Positions 33,261 to 45,333 of a stretch of DNA of 64,000 bases are shown piece after piece (within the stretch, counting starts at the first letter, position 1; every line of letters begins with the position of its first letter). Made by a program: the position numbers and the translations under genes. The notes under the pieces were generated by a model. It searched no databases. It had not been told where the DNA came from and saw only the letters and a program-made list of their open reading frames with translations. Source of the DNA: Cladosporium halotolerans (taxonomy: Eukaryota); the NCBI RefSeq assembly GCF_011745625.1, contig NW_027191502.1, forward strand, positions 1-64,000, given 5' to 3'.

Positions 33261-35744
33261 ATGGCCGCACCTCTACTTTATCCGCCACCGACCGGATTCG
33301 ACGGCTGTTACAGATGCCGAGAAAGCTTCTACACCGTAGAAGAACAACAAAGTGCCCGTCGCCAATACATTAACTCATGCGATCGTAACGAGGCGCAGCA
33401 GTGGCTCGACACAGAGATTCAGACCGCACGTCAACACCTACAACGTGTAAGAGAGAGACTGCACACTCATGGCGATCTGATCCTGTCTCGTTGGGAGAAG
33501 AAAAGCTACCACAGGAGAGCCGTTTTGCTCAGTGCAGCCTCCAGGGACCTTCTGGGTGAATGGCCTGTTGATCCACAGCTTATGAGCGAACATGCACGAA
33601 AGGATCCATGGGGACTTGCTGAGAGGCATCATGGCCTTGCTATTTGGCTTCGACTAGGTCCGATCGCCGAGGACTACATGAAGTTCTTGTCTCTCTTGCA
33701 CGTTCGATGTCAATATGACCTCTCTCTTTGGTCAACTTTCGACACCACACAGAGCAGATTGTCATGGGGACCGGAGCACAACAGACACTCACATTGCAAT
33801 GCCAGTGTCATCATGCACGGCAATGAGTATGGCAAGTTAGTGGACTTCGAGGTCGATGCCGCCCATAGCGGAGCGACCGTCGGGTTTCCGCGAGCTACCG
33901 TGACGGTGACAGCACAATCCATGATCGCTAAGATGCTCAGCCGAGGCATAGACCTGATTATAGGGGATGCTGCACCGAGCGGGTCCACGAGATGGAACGA
34001 CTTGATGTCAGGGGATATGCAAAACAATCAGCAGGCTGTCAGGGTTTGGAGCCCCTATCACGATCAGCCATACACAACGCCTCCGAAGTTTGAAATCGGT
34101 GTGCTAGTTGACAAGGTTCAGAGCCACCTGAACCTCATCGTTGATGAAATAGAACTCATGCAGACCAGTCCCGAGCACTTCCGCCAACGGGTCATGGCGG
34201 ACAAAGCAAGCGTCTGGAACCGGCATCTGGCAGCCAAAAGTGAGGATTATCAATGGGCATTCATCGCTTATATCAACATGTGTTCTTTGCAAACTTCCGT
34301 CATTCTATGGCAACGTGTCTTGGCGGAGTGCAAGCATCTCCAGGCGAAGCTCTCTCAAGCTGGATCGTTGATGAAGCCTGGTTCCCGATTGTCCAAAGAC
34401 GCTGATGCTGCGATGAGGGCGTTCGGTCACGGTTTCAAAGATTGGTACAGTTGGAATTCGGCGCAAATTTCTCATGCGCTGTTCAGCATGGGCGACGTGC
34501 GAAAACACACCTTGACGAACTTGATGCGCCCGACTTACCCATTTGGCCAACCCATCGATCCAGAAACGAAGTTAGACCCGTCTAAGCAAGGCCATCGCAT
34601 CTTTAAGACAGCGCGTGTGATGCAAAGAGAGATGTTTGTCAGGGTCCAGGAAGAAATGCCCTGCAGCATGGAGTTTTACGTTCGAAAACTCAAGAGTGAG
34701 CTGGATCAAATCCCTTACTCCAGAGCCATGGACTTCTGTTTGTCTGATACGGCTCTGCTTGACGAGCTTCGCCTCTCATGGTGCTGGCATCAGATGATCA
34801 ATTACCATGACCCACCTGGCACGAGCACAACTCGTGTTGATCTGAGTATAACGAACTTGATGCCAGCGGACTTTGCGTCACTGAAAAATGGAGTCTTTAA
34901 GTCTTCTCTAGAGGCCATTCACGACCCTCGGCGTGGTCGTCTTCTGCGCAAGTTCTACGAGACAAGTATGCCGAGAGGCCGCAAGAATCACACATGGCTT
35001 GAGAAGATGACAAAAGTGCGAGGTTGCCTCAAACAATTCTGGGAGAATGAACGTGAGATGTTTAGAAAAAGTCAGGCTTCGCTTCAGCGCCCAGATTCTT
35101 ACGTCGAGGGCATTCTTGAAAACTTCTGTTTCGATTTGTCCTCAGAGCACCTCGCCAGGTTGGAAGCAGAGCGTCAGCAAATCGAGAGCGATGAACAACA
35201 GGCAAAGGCCGCAAGGGCGCAACGGAAAAGTAGGCCAGCCTTCATCCAGCAAGATTGGAACAACAGGACAGAAGAAGACGGTATCACTCGTCGAAAGCGA
35301 ACCAAGGCGAAAGCAGCTCGGGATATTACAGAGATGAAGCCCGAGCCTGACGACCCGACCAGAGATCAGCAAGTCATAGCCGATGTCTCTACGGTTTCTG
35401 AGCCTCCCCAGGTACCCACAATCCTTGTGAATAAAGAGACGTGCAATGTCTTCGCCGAAATCTTTCCGACTGGTGCGAGCGTGAGCGAAAGCAGTATAAG
35501 GTGGTTGGCTTTTGAAAAAGCAATGGAGGATGCCGGTATGACTGTTGCTCACAATGGGGGATCAAAGGTGACATTCACATGTCAAGAGGGGCGAATCTGC
35601 TTTCATAAGCCTCATCCTGATCCTACGGTTGATGCTGTAATGCTGCGGTCGTTTGGTCAGCGACTGAGCAAATGGTTCGGCTGGACGAACGACACGTTTG
35701 TCTTGAGAGAGAAAGATGGCAATGAGAGAAAGAAACCAGAGTGA
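33261..35744 (+). CDS. Hypothetical protein (~827 aa) with N-terminal CxxC and C-terminal HicA-like domain
   Basis: Intronless ORF from ATG 33261. C-terminus IRWLAFEKAMEDAGM...GGSKVTF...ICFHKPHPDP...LRSFGQRLSKWFGW. The domain call is by motif recognition only. Confidence 0.8.
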   Translation: MAAPLLYPPPTGFDGCYRCRESFYTVEEQQSARRQYINSCDRNEAQQWLDTEIQTARQHLQRVRERLHTHGDLILSRWEKKSYHRRAVLLSAASRDLLGEWPVDPQLMSEHARKDPWGLAERHHGLAIWLRLGPIAEDYMKFLSLLHVRCQYDLSLWSTFDTTQSRLSWGPEHNRHSHCNASVIMHGNEYGKLVDFEVDAAHSGATVGFPRATVTVTAQSMIAKMLSRGIDLIIGDAAPSGSTRWNDLMSGDMQNNQQAVRVWSPYHDQPYTTPPKFEIGVLVDKVQSHLNLIVDEIELMQTSPEHFRQRVMADKASVWNRHLAAKSEDYQWAFIAYINMCSLQTSVILWQRVLAECKHLQAKLSQAGSLMKPGSRLSKDADAAMRAFGHGFKDWYSWNSAQISHALFSMGDVRKHTLTNLMRPTYPFGQPIDPETKLDPSKQGHRIFKTARVMQREMFVRVQEEMPCSMEFYVRKLKSELDQIPYSRAMDFCLSDTALLDELRLSWCWHQMINYHDPPGTSTTRVDLSITNLMPADFASLKNGVFKSSLEAIHDPRRGRLLRKFYETSMPRGRKNHTWLEKMTKVRGCLKQFWENEREMFRKSQASLQRPDSYVEGILENFCFDLSSEHLARLEAERQQIESDEQQAKAARAQRKSRPAFIQQDWNNRTEEDGITRRKRTKAKAARDITEMKPEPDDPTRDQQVIADVSTVSEPPQVPTILVNKETCNVFAEIFPTGASVSESSIRWLAFEKAMEDAGMTVAHNGGSKVTFTCQEGRICFHKPHPDPTVDAVMLRSFGQRLSKWFGWTNDTFVLREKDGNERKKPE

Positions 35745-36252
35745 GTTGAAGGAGGCGCAAGGTTGCCTAGGTTCACAGGCATGCGACCTTTGAACTTGGT
35801 ATTGCTGCTGCAAGGAGCCGCGGTCTGGATGAAACACTTGCCTCGAATCCTGTTTCGGCCCCCATGTTGAATTAGGGGTTGCGAAAGTAGGTAGATTAGC
35901 TTGACATGCATTCAGCAAAATTACTTGACAACACTCGTCACCATATCTCAGGTCGAGTAAGCATTTTCGAGATGTCTAAAAGCATGATAATGGGCTGTGT
36001 TTCAAAACTTTGGGGGAGAAGCAAGTGATGTCGCCCTCGTGCGCGCCTGCCCTCGCTAGCGCGCTGCTGGTCGCGACGCCAGTGCGTCAGCAACGGCGCC
36101 TGAGCTTGTTGGCTGCAATAGACGGGAGGCGCCAGCTATCACGAAACATCCCCGACCGCCACACGACATCTTCTCTCCCCGAGCTGCACCCTCGATGATA
36201 ACAACAAACCAGTCGCTCACGTAGCGCGAACACAATTGAAATCATCCAAGCC

Positions 36253-39200
36253 ATGCCTCGCCGGCTAGGCTTTCTAGGAAGCTTACTTCTTGGCCTGTTA
36301 TCAGCACAGGCTATTGCGAAGGACAAGAACGAACCCTCGGTCGAGATCACACCCTTCGATAAACCTCCCTTGGATCACTTTTATTTCGAAGATAGCGATG
36401 TTGTCCTCCTTAACATCAGAAAGACAGGAGAGGGGAACACGTTTCGGTCGGAAGATGCTGGAGTAACATGGAAACAAGTGAAGGGCGTGGAAAAGGGCCA
36501 GACCTACCAGATGCAGAGACATCCCTACATCTCCGACATCGCAGTACTGATAGGGTTGAAGAAGACGCACTGGATCACAAGAGACAAGGGCGAGACCTGG
36601 GACGAGTTTACCGTGCAGGATGAAGCCACGATCAGGCAGCTGGTCATCGGCTTTCACGCGACCGATCCGGATCGCATGATCTTTCATGCCGCCGAATGCA
36701 CTGGGCTGCTATGTCACACGAGAGACTATTACACCACCGATGGCTTTCGTAAAGGCGCGAAACTGCTCCACAAGGATGCGATCAATTGCATGTGGGCTAA
36801 GACAGTCGACCAATTCACGACCGGCGATAAGGATCTGGACAACGATCGCATTCTGTGCAACGTGCGAGGAAAGTTCACATTTTGGGAGACCGATAGCCGC
36901 CTTTTGGTTTCGGATGATTTCTTCGAAACGGAGGGCGTGGAGCCTGCTCTGCAGGGGACTCGGCCTGTTCCGGGTGTCGTGAATCTGGCGGCTGCTAAGA
37001 GTTACTTCGTGGCAGCTGCAAAGAGCGAGGGATCAGCCGAGATGGCAATGTATGTCACGGACGACACGAAGACCTGGCACCGTGCAGAGTTCGGCACCGA
37101 ACACAAGTTGGAGGAAAGTGCGTACACCCTGTTGGAAGGCACGAATTACAGCATGCAAGTCGATGTGATGACTACCGGTCCAATGAAGCCACCCATGGGC
37201 GCCCTCTACACGAGCAACAGCAACGGAACGTTTTTCACCAAGAATGTGGAGCACACCAATCGCAACATGTACGGCCTGGTGGACTTCGAGAAGGTCCAGA
37301 ACATCCAGGGCATTGTCATGGTCAACATCGTCGACAACTGGGAAGAGGTCGAAGTCAATCCCTTGGCCAGCAAGGATCTTCAAACACGAATATCATTCGA
37401 CGATGGCAGAACGTGGCAGGCAATGCAGGCTGACGGTAAGGATCTGCATCTGCACTCGGTGACAGACCAACGCAACGAAGGTCGCATCTTCTCCTCCCCA
37501 GCTCCCGGTATCGTTATGGGAGTTGGCAACACTGGCAAGCACCTCAAAGAACGCTCCGAGTGCGATACTTGGGTCTCAGATGATGCCGGCATGACTTGGA
37601 CACGAGCGCTGAAGGGCCCCCATCTTTTCGAGTTCGGAGATCAAGGCGCTCTTCTTGTTGCAATCGAAAGTGAGGAGGAAACGAACGAAATCAGGTGGTC
37701 CCTCGACCACGGCAAGGGCAAATGGAACACCTTTAAGCTCGAGCACAAGGTCCGCGCCTTGACCCTCACGACAGCTCCCGACTCTACCAGTCTCAAATTC
37801 ATTTTAACGGCCGACAAGGGTAAGGGATCCGACGTCGAGCACCAGCTCATTGCGATCGATTTTAGTGAGATGGATGTCCGCAAGTGTGGCAAGAAAGATT
37901 TCGAGGACTGGTATGCACGCAAGAGCGACAAGGGTGAGCCGGAGTGTATCATGGGACACACGCAAATGTTCCGCCGTCGCAAGGCCGATGCGGAATGTCT
38001 CGTGGACGACGAGTGGCACGACCCTACTCCGGTCTCCGAGGACTGCAAATGTAAAGAAGAAGATTACGAATGCGACTTCAACTTCTCTAAGAGCGAGAAG
38101 GGCGTATGTGAGCCCAGTGGTCCTCTGAAGGCGCCCGAAAGCGCCTGCAGAGATGGTCACGACACTTTCCAGGGCTCTTCAGGATATCGCCTCATCCCCG
38201 GAAACACGTGTATCAAGGAAGGTGGTGTCGTGAAAGACGAGCCTGTCGAGCGCAAATGCGACGAAACCAAGACTCCTCCTGCATCTGGCGAGGTGAACAA
38301 GGAGATCACTACTTTCAAGGGCGACGCCTTCGTCGAGTACTATTATCTCGAGCGCTGTGAGACTTGTGAGGGGGAGGACGAGACCGTCATCATGCGCACC
38401 GATCGCAGAGAGGCGTACCTGACTTCGGACCACGGAAAGACCTGGACTCCTGTCGTGAAAGATGAGGAGTTCGTAGCTGTCTACCCGCACGAATACAACA
38501 ACGACCGCGTCTATCTTGTGACTCCCAGCAAGACGGTTTTTTATTCTGAGAACCGCGGCAAAAAGTTCCACCATTTCGAGGCGCCGGAAGTACCAAACAT
38601 GGACCGTCTCCAAATTCTTGGATTCCATCCTAAGGAGAAGGACTGGCTCATCTGGACTGGCGGCCGTGACTGCGACTCTGCGAGCTCCAACTGCCAAACT
38701 ATCGCATATGTCTCGAAGCGAAATGGCGAGGGCTGGGAGCCTCTTCTGAAGAGCGTCCGCAAGTGTCAATTCGTGTACCGCGAGACTCGACCGGACTCCG
38801 ACCAGCTGGTGTACTGCGAGCAATACGAGAAGGAAGACCCTGATCAGCCTCTCAATTTGTTAAGCAGCACAGACTGGTTTGAGCACAAGAACGAGGTCAA
38901 GCGCGACGTAATCAGCTTTGCCACGATGGCTGAGTACATCGTTGTGGCTCTCCGTGACGAAGACCAGCAAAGCTTGAAGGTCGATGCCTCCATTGATGGC
39001 CTCGAGTTCGCCGATGCCAACTTCCCCAGCAATTTCAAGGTTGCGCATCAGCAGGCGTACACTGTCCTCGACTCTAGCACCCACTCGATCTTCCTACATG
39101 TCACCGTGAACAACAGGCTTGACCAAGAATATGGATCGATCTTGAAGTCCAACTCGAACGGCACCAACTACATTCTCGCTATCAGCGAGGTCAATCGCAA

Positions 39201-40719
39201 CAAGCTCGGCTACGTTGACTTCGAGAAGATGCAAGGACTCGAAGGTGTCGCTCTGGTAAACGTGGTCGCAAACGCAAAGGAAACAGACGGTGGGGCAGTC
39301 AAGAAGCTTAAGACCATGATCACTCACAACGACGGCGCCGAGTGGGATTACATCCAGCGTCCTGAGAATCCCAAGAACTTCAAGGTCGACTGGTGCGACG
39401 GTAGCAGCGACAAGTGCGCGCTTCATCTTCACGGTTACACCGAGCGTGACGACCCTCGTGACACTTTCTCCTCGCCATCTGCAGTTGGCTTGATGATGGC
39501 TGTCGGCAATGTCGGCGATTACCTTGGCTACAAGAAGGATGCCGACACTTTCATCACGAGAGACGGTGGCATTACGTGGAGCATGGTCAACGAGGGTACA
39601 TGGATGTGGGAGTACGGCGACCAGGGCTCCATCATCACCATTGTCAAGAAGGACGAGCCTGTGAAGGAGGTTCTCTACACGCTCAACGAGGGCATCGACT
39701 GGCTTACTTACACCTTTACCGACGAGCCGATGGTCGTTGATGATATCACCACTGTTCCCTCTGACACTAGCCGCAACTTCCTCCTTTGGGGCAAGGTCAA
39801 GGGCTCGCTTACAACTGTCAACCTTGACTTCTCCGGCTTGAAGGAGCGCAATGAAGAGTGTCGCCTTGACGAGAAGGACCCAGAAAGCAGCAGCAGTGAC
39901 TACTCCCTCTGGGAACCGAAGCACCCTCTCATGGACGACAACTGCCTCTTCGGACACGTCGCGCAGTATCACCGCAAGAAGATCGACAGCGAGTGTTACA
40001 ACGGCCGCGAATTGCAGCACCTCCACAGCATTGCTCGCAACTGCACCTGCACGCGCCGTGACTTCGAGTGCGACTACAATTTCGAACGCCAGTCGGATGG
40101 TACCTGCAAGCTCGTCGAAGGCCTCGAGGCTCCTGATCCTGCTGCGATTTGCAAGAAGGACAAGAACGCCATCGAATACTACGACATCACTGGCTACAGG
40201 CGCATTCCTCTCACCACTTGCGAGGGCGGCCAGGATCTCGAATACACCTCCAACACTCACCCTTGCCCAGGCAAGGAGCCGGACTACGAGAAGAAACACT
40301 CTGTATCTGGTGTTGGACTCTTCTTCGCAATCTTCCTGCCAATCGCAGCGGCAGCTGGTGTTGGATACTGGGTGTGGAAGAACTGGGACGGTAAGTTTGG
40401 CCGCATCCAGCTCGGAGACGGCGGTGCGGCTGGTTCGCGCATCGGCATGGGCGGAGCCTTCGACCGCGAAGCGCCTTGGATCAAGTACCCCGTACTGGTC
40501 GTCAGCGGCATCGTGGCCGTAGTTGCGGCGCTGCCCATGGTCGCTGGCAGCATTTGGAACGCGGTCTCGACAAGATTCGGACGCGATGGTGGCAGGTTCG
40601 GCGGTGTCGGAAGGCCTTACACGAGCCGCAGCAGCTTCTCGAGAGGCAGGGGTGGGTACAGTGTTGTGGACCCGGATGATGGTGAGCTTCTTGGTGAGGA
40701 CAGCGAGGATGAGGTGTAA
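36253..40719 (+). CDS. VPS10: Vacuolar protein sorting receptor (sortilin, two VPS10 domains)
   Basis: Signal peptide, multiple BNR/Asp-box S-x-D-x-G-x-T-W repeats, two Cys-rich 10CC modules, TM helix and acidic tail. Confidence 0.96.
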   Translation: MPRRLGFLGSLLLGLLSAQAIAKDKNEPSVEITPFDKPPLDHFYFEDSDVVLLNIRKTGEGNTFRSEDAGVTWKQVKGVEKGQTYQMQRHPYISDIAVLIGLKKTHWITRDKGETWDEFTVQDEATIRQLVIGFHATDPDRMIFHAAECTGLLCHTRDYYTTDGFRKGAKLLHKDAINCMWAKTVDQFTTGDKDLDNDRILCNVRGKFTFWETDSRLLVSDDFFETEGVEPALQGTRPVPGVVNLAAAKSYFVAAAKSEGSAEMAMYVTDDTKTWHRAEFGTEHKLEESAYTLLEGTNYSMQVDVMTTGPMKPPMGALYTSNSNGTFFTKNVEHTNRNMYGLVDFEKVQNIQGIVMVNIVDNWEEVEVNPLASKDLQTRISFDDGRTWQAMQADGKDLHLHSVTDQRNEGRIFSSPAPGIVMGVGNTGKHLKERSECDTWVSDDAGMTWTRALKGPHLFEFGDQGALLVAIESEEETNEIRWSLDHGKGKWNTFKLEHKVRALTLTTAPDSTSLKFILTADKGKGSDVEHQLIAIDFSEMDVRKCGKKDFEDWYARKSDKGEPECIMGHTQMFRRRKADAECLVDDEWHDPTPVSEDCKCKEEDYECDFNFSKSEKGVCEPSGPLKAPESACRDGHDTFQGSSGYRLIPGNTCIKEGGVVKDEPVERKCDETKTPPASGEVNKEITTFKGDAFVEYYYLERCETCEGEDETVIMRTDRREAYLTSDHGKTWTPVVKDEEFVAVYPHEYNNDRVYLVTPSKTVFYSENRGKKFHHFEAPEVPNMDRLQILGFHPKEKDWLIWTGGRDCDSASSNCQTIAYVSKRNGEGWEPLLKSVRKCQFVYRETRPDSDQLVYCEQYEKEDPDQPLNLLSSTDWFEHKNEVKRDVISFATMAEYIVVALRDEDQQSLKVDASIDGLEFADANFPSNFKVAHQQAYTVLDSSTHSIFLHVTVNNRLDQEYGSILKSNSNGTNYILAISEVNRNKLGYVDFEKMQGLEGVALVNVVANAKETDGGAVKKLKTMITHNDGAEWDYIQRPENPKNFKVDWCDGSSDKCALHLHGYTERDDPRDTFSSPSAVGLMMAVGNVGDYLGYKKDADTFITRDGGITWSMVNEGTWMWEYGDQGSIITIVKKDEPVKEVLYTLNEGIDWLTYTFTDEPMVVDDITTVPSDTSRNFLLWGKVKGSLTTVNLDFSGLKERNEECRLDEKDPESSSSDYSLWEPKHPLMDDNCLFGHVAQYHRKKIDSECYNGRELQHLHSIARNCTCTRRDFECDYNFERQSDGTCKLVEGLEAPDPAAICKKDKNAIEYYDITGYRRIPLTTCEGGQDLEYTSNTHPCPGKEPDYEKKHSVSGVGLFFAIFLPIAAAAGVGYWVWKNWDGKFGRIQLGDGGAAGSRIGMGGAFDREAPWIKYPVLVVSGIVAVVAALPMVAGSIWNAVSTRFGRDGGRFGGVGRPYTSRSSFSRGRGGYSVVDPDDGELLGEDSEDEV

Positions 40720-41070
40720 GCATCGTGAGAACGGGAGAGATTGTATGAGCGAACGGGAGACTTTTTTGTATACTGTCATCTTATGGTGCATGTAGCTGCG
40801 ATACCAGTGTAGATTATGAGAATTGAATTCAAAGTATGACCAAAAGATTCAGCGAAGTTCTGCACCACCTTACCAATGAATCTTCAGTTGCGTTGGAGTC
40901 TAATAAAGGCGGCGAGATTCCATGTCTCGTGAAACTCGTTGTGGACCCACCCAGTGCTTGAACAGCCATCCTTGAATCGCCTCAAACAGCAACGACAGCA
41001 CTTTTACGAATCGAGCAACAGCATCCCCATATCTGCGATATAAGGCCCTCTTGAATTTTGCACTTACATA

Positions 41071-42080
41071 ATGCCCGACGGCGAGCAGTCATCGTCGAAG
41101 GTGACGTACCTGTCCCTCGTGGCGTCTTGCGATGAGTGCGTCTTCCTCTTGACAATCTCATGAAATTTCCCTAACGGTCGAATAGCTTTCCATACGGCCC
41201 TGCTGCGGACAAGTATTATCAGCTCTACCTACCGAATGATGATGAGCCGCATGGTTATATGCTCCCGGAGACGGTCCAGAAGATGCCATGGACCACAGAT
41301 TTTGAGGTGCAACACAGCCACCCTCGCAAAGTTTTGGTCTTGGATAAGTCCAAGGGCAGAGACACGGCGAATGCCGTGAACGAGGCTTTCTCAGCTGTTG
41401 TTACTTCTTGCATCGAGCAGAGCTTATTTCACGTGCTGGTCGGCCAACACAGTGAGCCTTTCGCCGTTGTGGGCGCCCGGTACGACAAGCCGGTCTATGT
41501 GGAGCGCTTCGCCGCCGCTCTCTTTGGTGTCACAACCAGAGGTGCCCACATGGTTGCTTATCACAGAGACAAGAATGGCATGAAGGTTTGGGTTCCACGA
41601 CGAGCTGCTCACCTCTACACCTATCCAAACATGCTCGACACGACGGTTGCCGGCGGCGTCAAATCTGGTGTGCCACCGTTCCAAACAATTGTGGAAGAAT
41701 CAGACGAAGAAGCATCGCTACCTGAAGATCTCGTCCGCCAGAGAGCTGTGTGCAGAGGCGTCATTTCCCACATGAACGTGACTGGCCAAGATTTTCCCGG
41801 CGAGCAAGGACTCGTCACGCCGGACTACGTCTACGTCTACGACATTGAGTTGCCCCAGGACGTGATACCAAAGCCACACGACGATGAAGTCAACAGCTTC
41901 ACGCTCATGAGTGTGGATGAATTGCAGGCGGCTCTGCTGCACGAAGAGTTCAAGCCAGACTCAGCGGCCGTCCTTGTCGACTTTCTCATCAGGCATGGCG
42001 TTATTACGCCTGAGAATGAGCCTGAGTTTGTCGAAATCAGTATGCGATTACACCGACGATTGCCTTTCAGAACGGGCTAG
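41071..42080 (+). CDS. Nudix hydrolase (YJR142W / thiamine-pyrophosphokinase-associated Nudix-like)
   Basis: Exon 41071-41135 and intron 41136-41185. ERFAAALFGV, WVPRRA, YPNMLDTTVAGG...EESDEEASL, PHDDEV and FKP. Confidence 0.85.
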
Positions 42081-42812
42081 ATCGCGATGCAGATGGGCTT
42101 GATCGGGTTCTTGTGTCTTTGGACGTTTTACATTCCCGGCTTGTGAACGAACCTAACACCTGTACAACAACTTGGAAAGTGTCTTACATGCCCTTGTTGT
42201 GCCACGGATGAGAGTGACAAGGGCATGCAAACTCCTAAAAAGGCGTATCCTAGTACTGTATGTCACAGCATCGGATTTGACTCCGTTCGGGCCCACGTGG
42301 TTCCCCTAGTCTACTGTGCAGACTGCTCGCTACATGCCTCCATGAAGACATTCCAAGCCCTGGTATTTTGCCTGAACAACGAGACTAAGGTAATTGATTT
42401 CAGGGCAGAGGTCTTATGACTGGGATCAGCTCGCGTGTATCTCTCATTGCTATATAGAGCACGCAACGTCTCCGTGCTCCCATCGTGTATACACGTGGAT
42501 ATGAGGTCATATCTGGGTGTACAGGCAACGTGAAACCATCGATGCTGTGGAGATGGGGAACGTCTTGGATGGACCCCGCCGAATGCCCGCATACGAAGTC
42601 ATCGGCTACGTCTTGCCACGAATGCTTCGCCTCGTTGTGGGATGCGCTGAGAACGTCATGACTTGTCGGACTGGAAGTCGCACGCTGCTAATAATGACGG
42701 CACAGCGAGACACTAACATCGTATATAAACGTGTAGAACATTGTCATTTAGGTTTGTTTCCCACTACCACTCACACCAAGTCCCAAACAAATTAACAATA
42801 ACTTCAATCACT

Positions 42813-43169
42813 ATGTCTTCCATCAACCCCACAAACGAGAAGGGCCAAGGCGCATCCCACGCCGTCGACTCCCAAGTCCCTGGCAAGGTCCAGGAGAAGG
42901 TCCGTACTCCATCAATCCCTCTACACTCAACATCCACCAACGCGGATACGTGCCAGGTTCCCAAGAGTGTTGAAGATAAGCTCCCGGATGCGGCACACGA
43001 CACCGGCAGCAATCGACAGACTGGAAAGGTTTCCCACGCGACCGGCGACTCTAAGGTGCCCCAGACCCTGCAGGAGGGCCTCCCCGAGAAGGTCGAGAAG
43101 GTCGTCCCGAACTCTATCCACGACACGTCGGGAGCGAAGTTCAGTGATGGGTCGGTTGACACCAAGTAA
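42813..43169 (+). CDS. Small hydrophilic protein with two SHA...SxVP...LP...HDT repeats (putative stress protein)
   Basis: TATATAAA at ~42723, ATG 42813, 57-nt intron 42900-42956 and an internal duplicated motif. Confidence 0.75.
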   Translation: MSSINPTNEKGQGASHAVDSQVPGKVQEKVRTPSIPLHSTSTNADTCQVPKSVEDKLPDAAHDTGSNRQTGKVSHATGDSKVPQTLQEGLPEKVEKVVPNSIHDTSGAKFSDGSVDTK

Positions 43170-44034
43170 TGGTTGATAAGCTTTGGAATTATGTTCGACA
43201 ACAATGACATGAGGTTATGCAAGAAAAGGCTGTCTTTATCACATTCGCACCATGTCTTTGGTAGTCATGACGCACGCTTTGGCCTCGCACATGGAGTCAA
43301 ATGATGATTGGTGTATTCCAATATGAACGCTGCTCTTCCAATATGTGAGTCGCCATACTTTACGGCCAGAAGGTAGACTTCGTGTGTAAGTTGGTTATGA
43401 CATCTTCCAATGTTCAATGATGATTAAGGAGCGATCTGAGGACTATACTCGTCATGTCCGGCAGGGGGGTATCGCGGCGATATAATATCAAGGGTTAGGG
43501 TTGGGGTAATCCGACTTCGGTCGATATACAAATGAGGGCCTCCGAAACATTCTCAAATGACGCGGGGGCATCTTCGCCCTTAGGAGGTGATGACTCGAAT
43601 CAGTCATGTGTTATCCACAGGCAGATTGACATGTGTGCATTCCAACTCACATGATATCGGGCCGTGAGATGGATGTGCCTATAATCATGATGTCAGCAGG
43701 AAATCAACATTTCATGATTGGCTCTATTTCGGTCTTTCGACTGACCGTCCCGTCTCATATCGTCGCGTACCTGCATAAGTACATCCACCGGAAGACAACA
43801 TGGCCTTCCGTAGCCTATTGCGAAGCTGCGAAGAATGAGGACCACGCCGTTCTGACGTGTGGATGATTGAAGCCCGCGCAGCCTTCTTTCACTACGTATG
43901 CCCTAGGAAGAAGCGACTCTAAGGACCTTTCATGAATGCGAGAAGACACATATGCAGCTCGAAAACGATTCGATCTCCCCTTCAAATTTCACTTATCCGT
44001 TGAGATCACCTCAAATCTTCTAGTGGCAGCAACA

Positions 44035-45130
44035 ATGTCATCAGCAGTAAAGAACGTCCAGACAACCATCCAAGAGGATTTTGGTAGCTTCGGTCACAAC
44101 GCAGCAAGCCCCGAGAATCAATTCAGCCTCGACAATGTCCCAGATCAGACAGGCAAAGTCGCCGTTGTGACCGGGGGCAGCGAGGGCATCGGGTATGGAT
44201 GCACTCGCTCCCTGCTCGCTAAGAACATCAGCAAGCTCTTCATCTTATCCCTCTCCAAAGATGTCGTCGACGGCGCTCGCGATGCCATCAAGCAGGATCT
44301 AGGAGAGGACATCGCTAAGCGTACCCACTGGATTCAGTGTGACCTGAGCGACTGGATGCAAGCAGCCAAGGTGGCGAAGGAAATCAGCAGCTCTACCGAC
44401 AGACTGGACATCCTCATCAACAACGCAGCCCGTGGAATCATGACGGCACAACTCACCGGTTATGGTGTCGACAGACACATGGCGCTGAACCATATGGGCC
44501 CTGTCATAATCACCTCTCACCTCCTGCCTCTGTTGAAGAAGACCGCCAGCGAGAACAACAAAGTCCGGATCGTTAATTTGGCCTCCAACGCCCACGAGCA
44601 GGTCCCGAAAGATCTGAGCTTCAAGAGCCTCGAAGCCATCAACCAGGATCTTGGTCCCATGGCTACTTACGGACGCTCAAAGCTGGCCGCACTACTTTAC
44701 GCAAGATATCTGAACCGCCATCTCACGAAGACGCACCCCAACATTTTGGCCAACGCTACCCACCCTGGCTTCGTCGATACGAAGATGACAGATCAGCATA
44801 TCCACGAGCCCTGCCCTCGTAAGTATCGTGTCCGAACACACCTTCCATACTTTGCTGACACTTTCTTCAGTGGGTGGATATGCCATGTCTGCAGGACTGA
44901 AGCCATTCATGAAGACCCAATGGGAAGGTTGTGTCTCGACGGTCTGGGCAGCCACATGCGCCGATAAGAGTGGCGAATATATTTGCCCTCCGGTGACGCC
45001 TGAGCCGGGTAGCGAAATGTCTCGGGACGAGCAGATGGCAGAGGATCTGATGAAGCTCACAAGGGACGTTGTGACAGAGAAGACCAAGAGCGACTCAGTG
45101 GAGAAGGGATGTCCGATGAAAGATTATTGA
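44035..45130 (+). CDS. Short-chain dehydrogenase/reductase (retinol dehydrogenase-like)
   Basis: TGGSEGIG, LINNAA, YGRSK and HPGFVDT. Intron 44819-44870. Confidence 0.92.
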
Positions 45131-45333
45131 TCTGCTGCATCCATCATAGCGGATAGAGTCGTGAATCACAGTCCGCGAGCATTTGGTGCCGAGGCAAAAG
45201 TCGTACTGGGTCGAATGCAATCATATACAGGAGGTCAGCATGAAGCATCTTGTAGTTGTGCGGCTGTCTAAGTATATTGACATCTCACTGCCCCAGGTCG
45301 TGCGGCCACGACTTTTCTCGCGGAAACTCAAAT

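Noticed and set aside
39094..40791. 565-aa minus-strand ORF
   Set aside because: Antisense shadow of codon-biased VPS10, with no independent protein features.
43491..43509. Telomere-like AGGGTTAGGGTTGGGGTAA
   Set aside because: Only about 2 units; too short to call an interstitial telomere.
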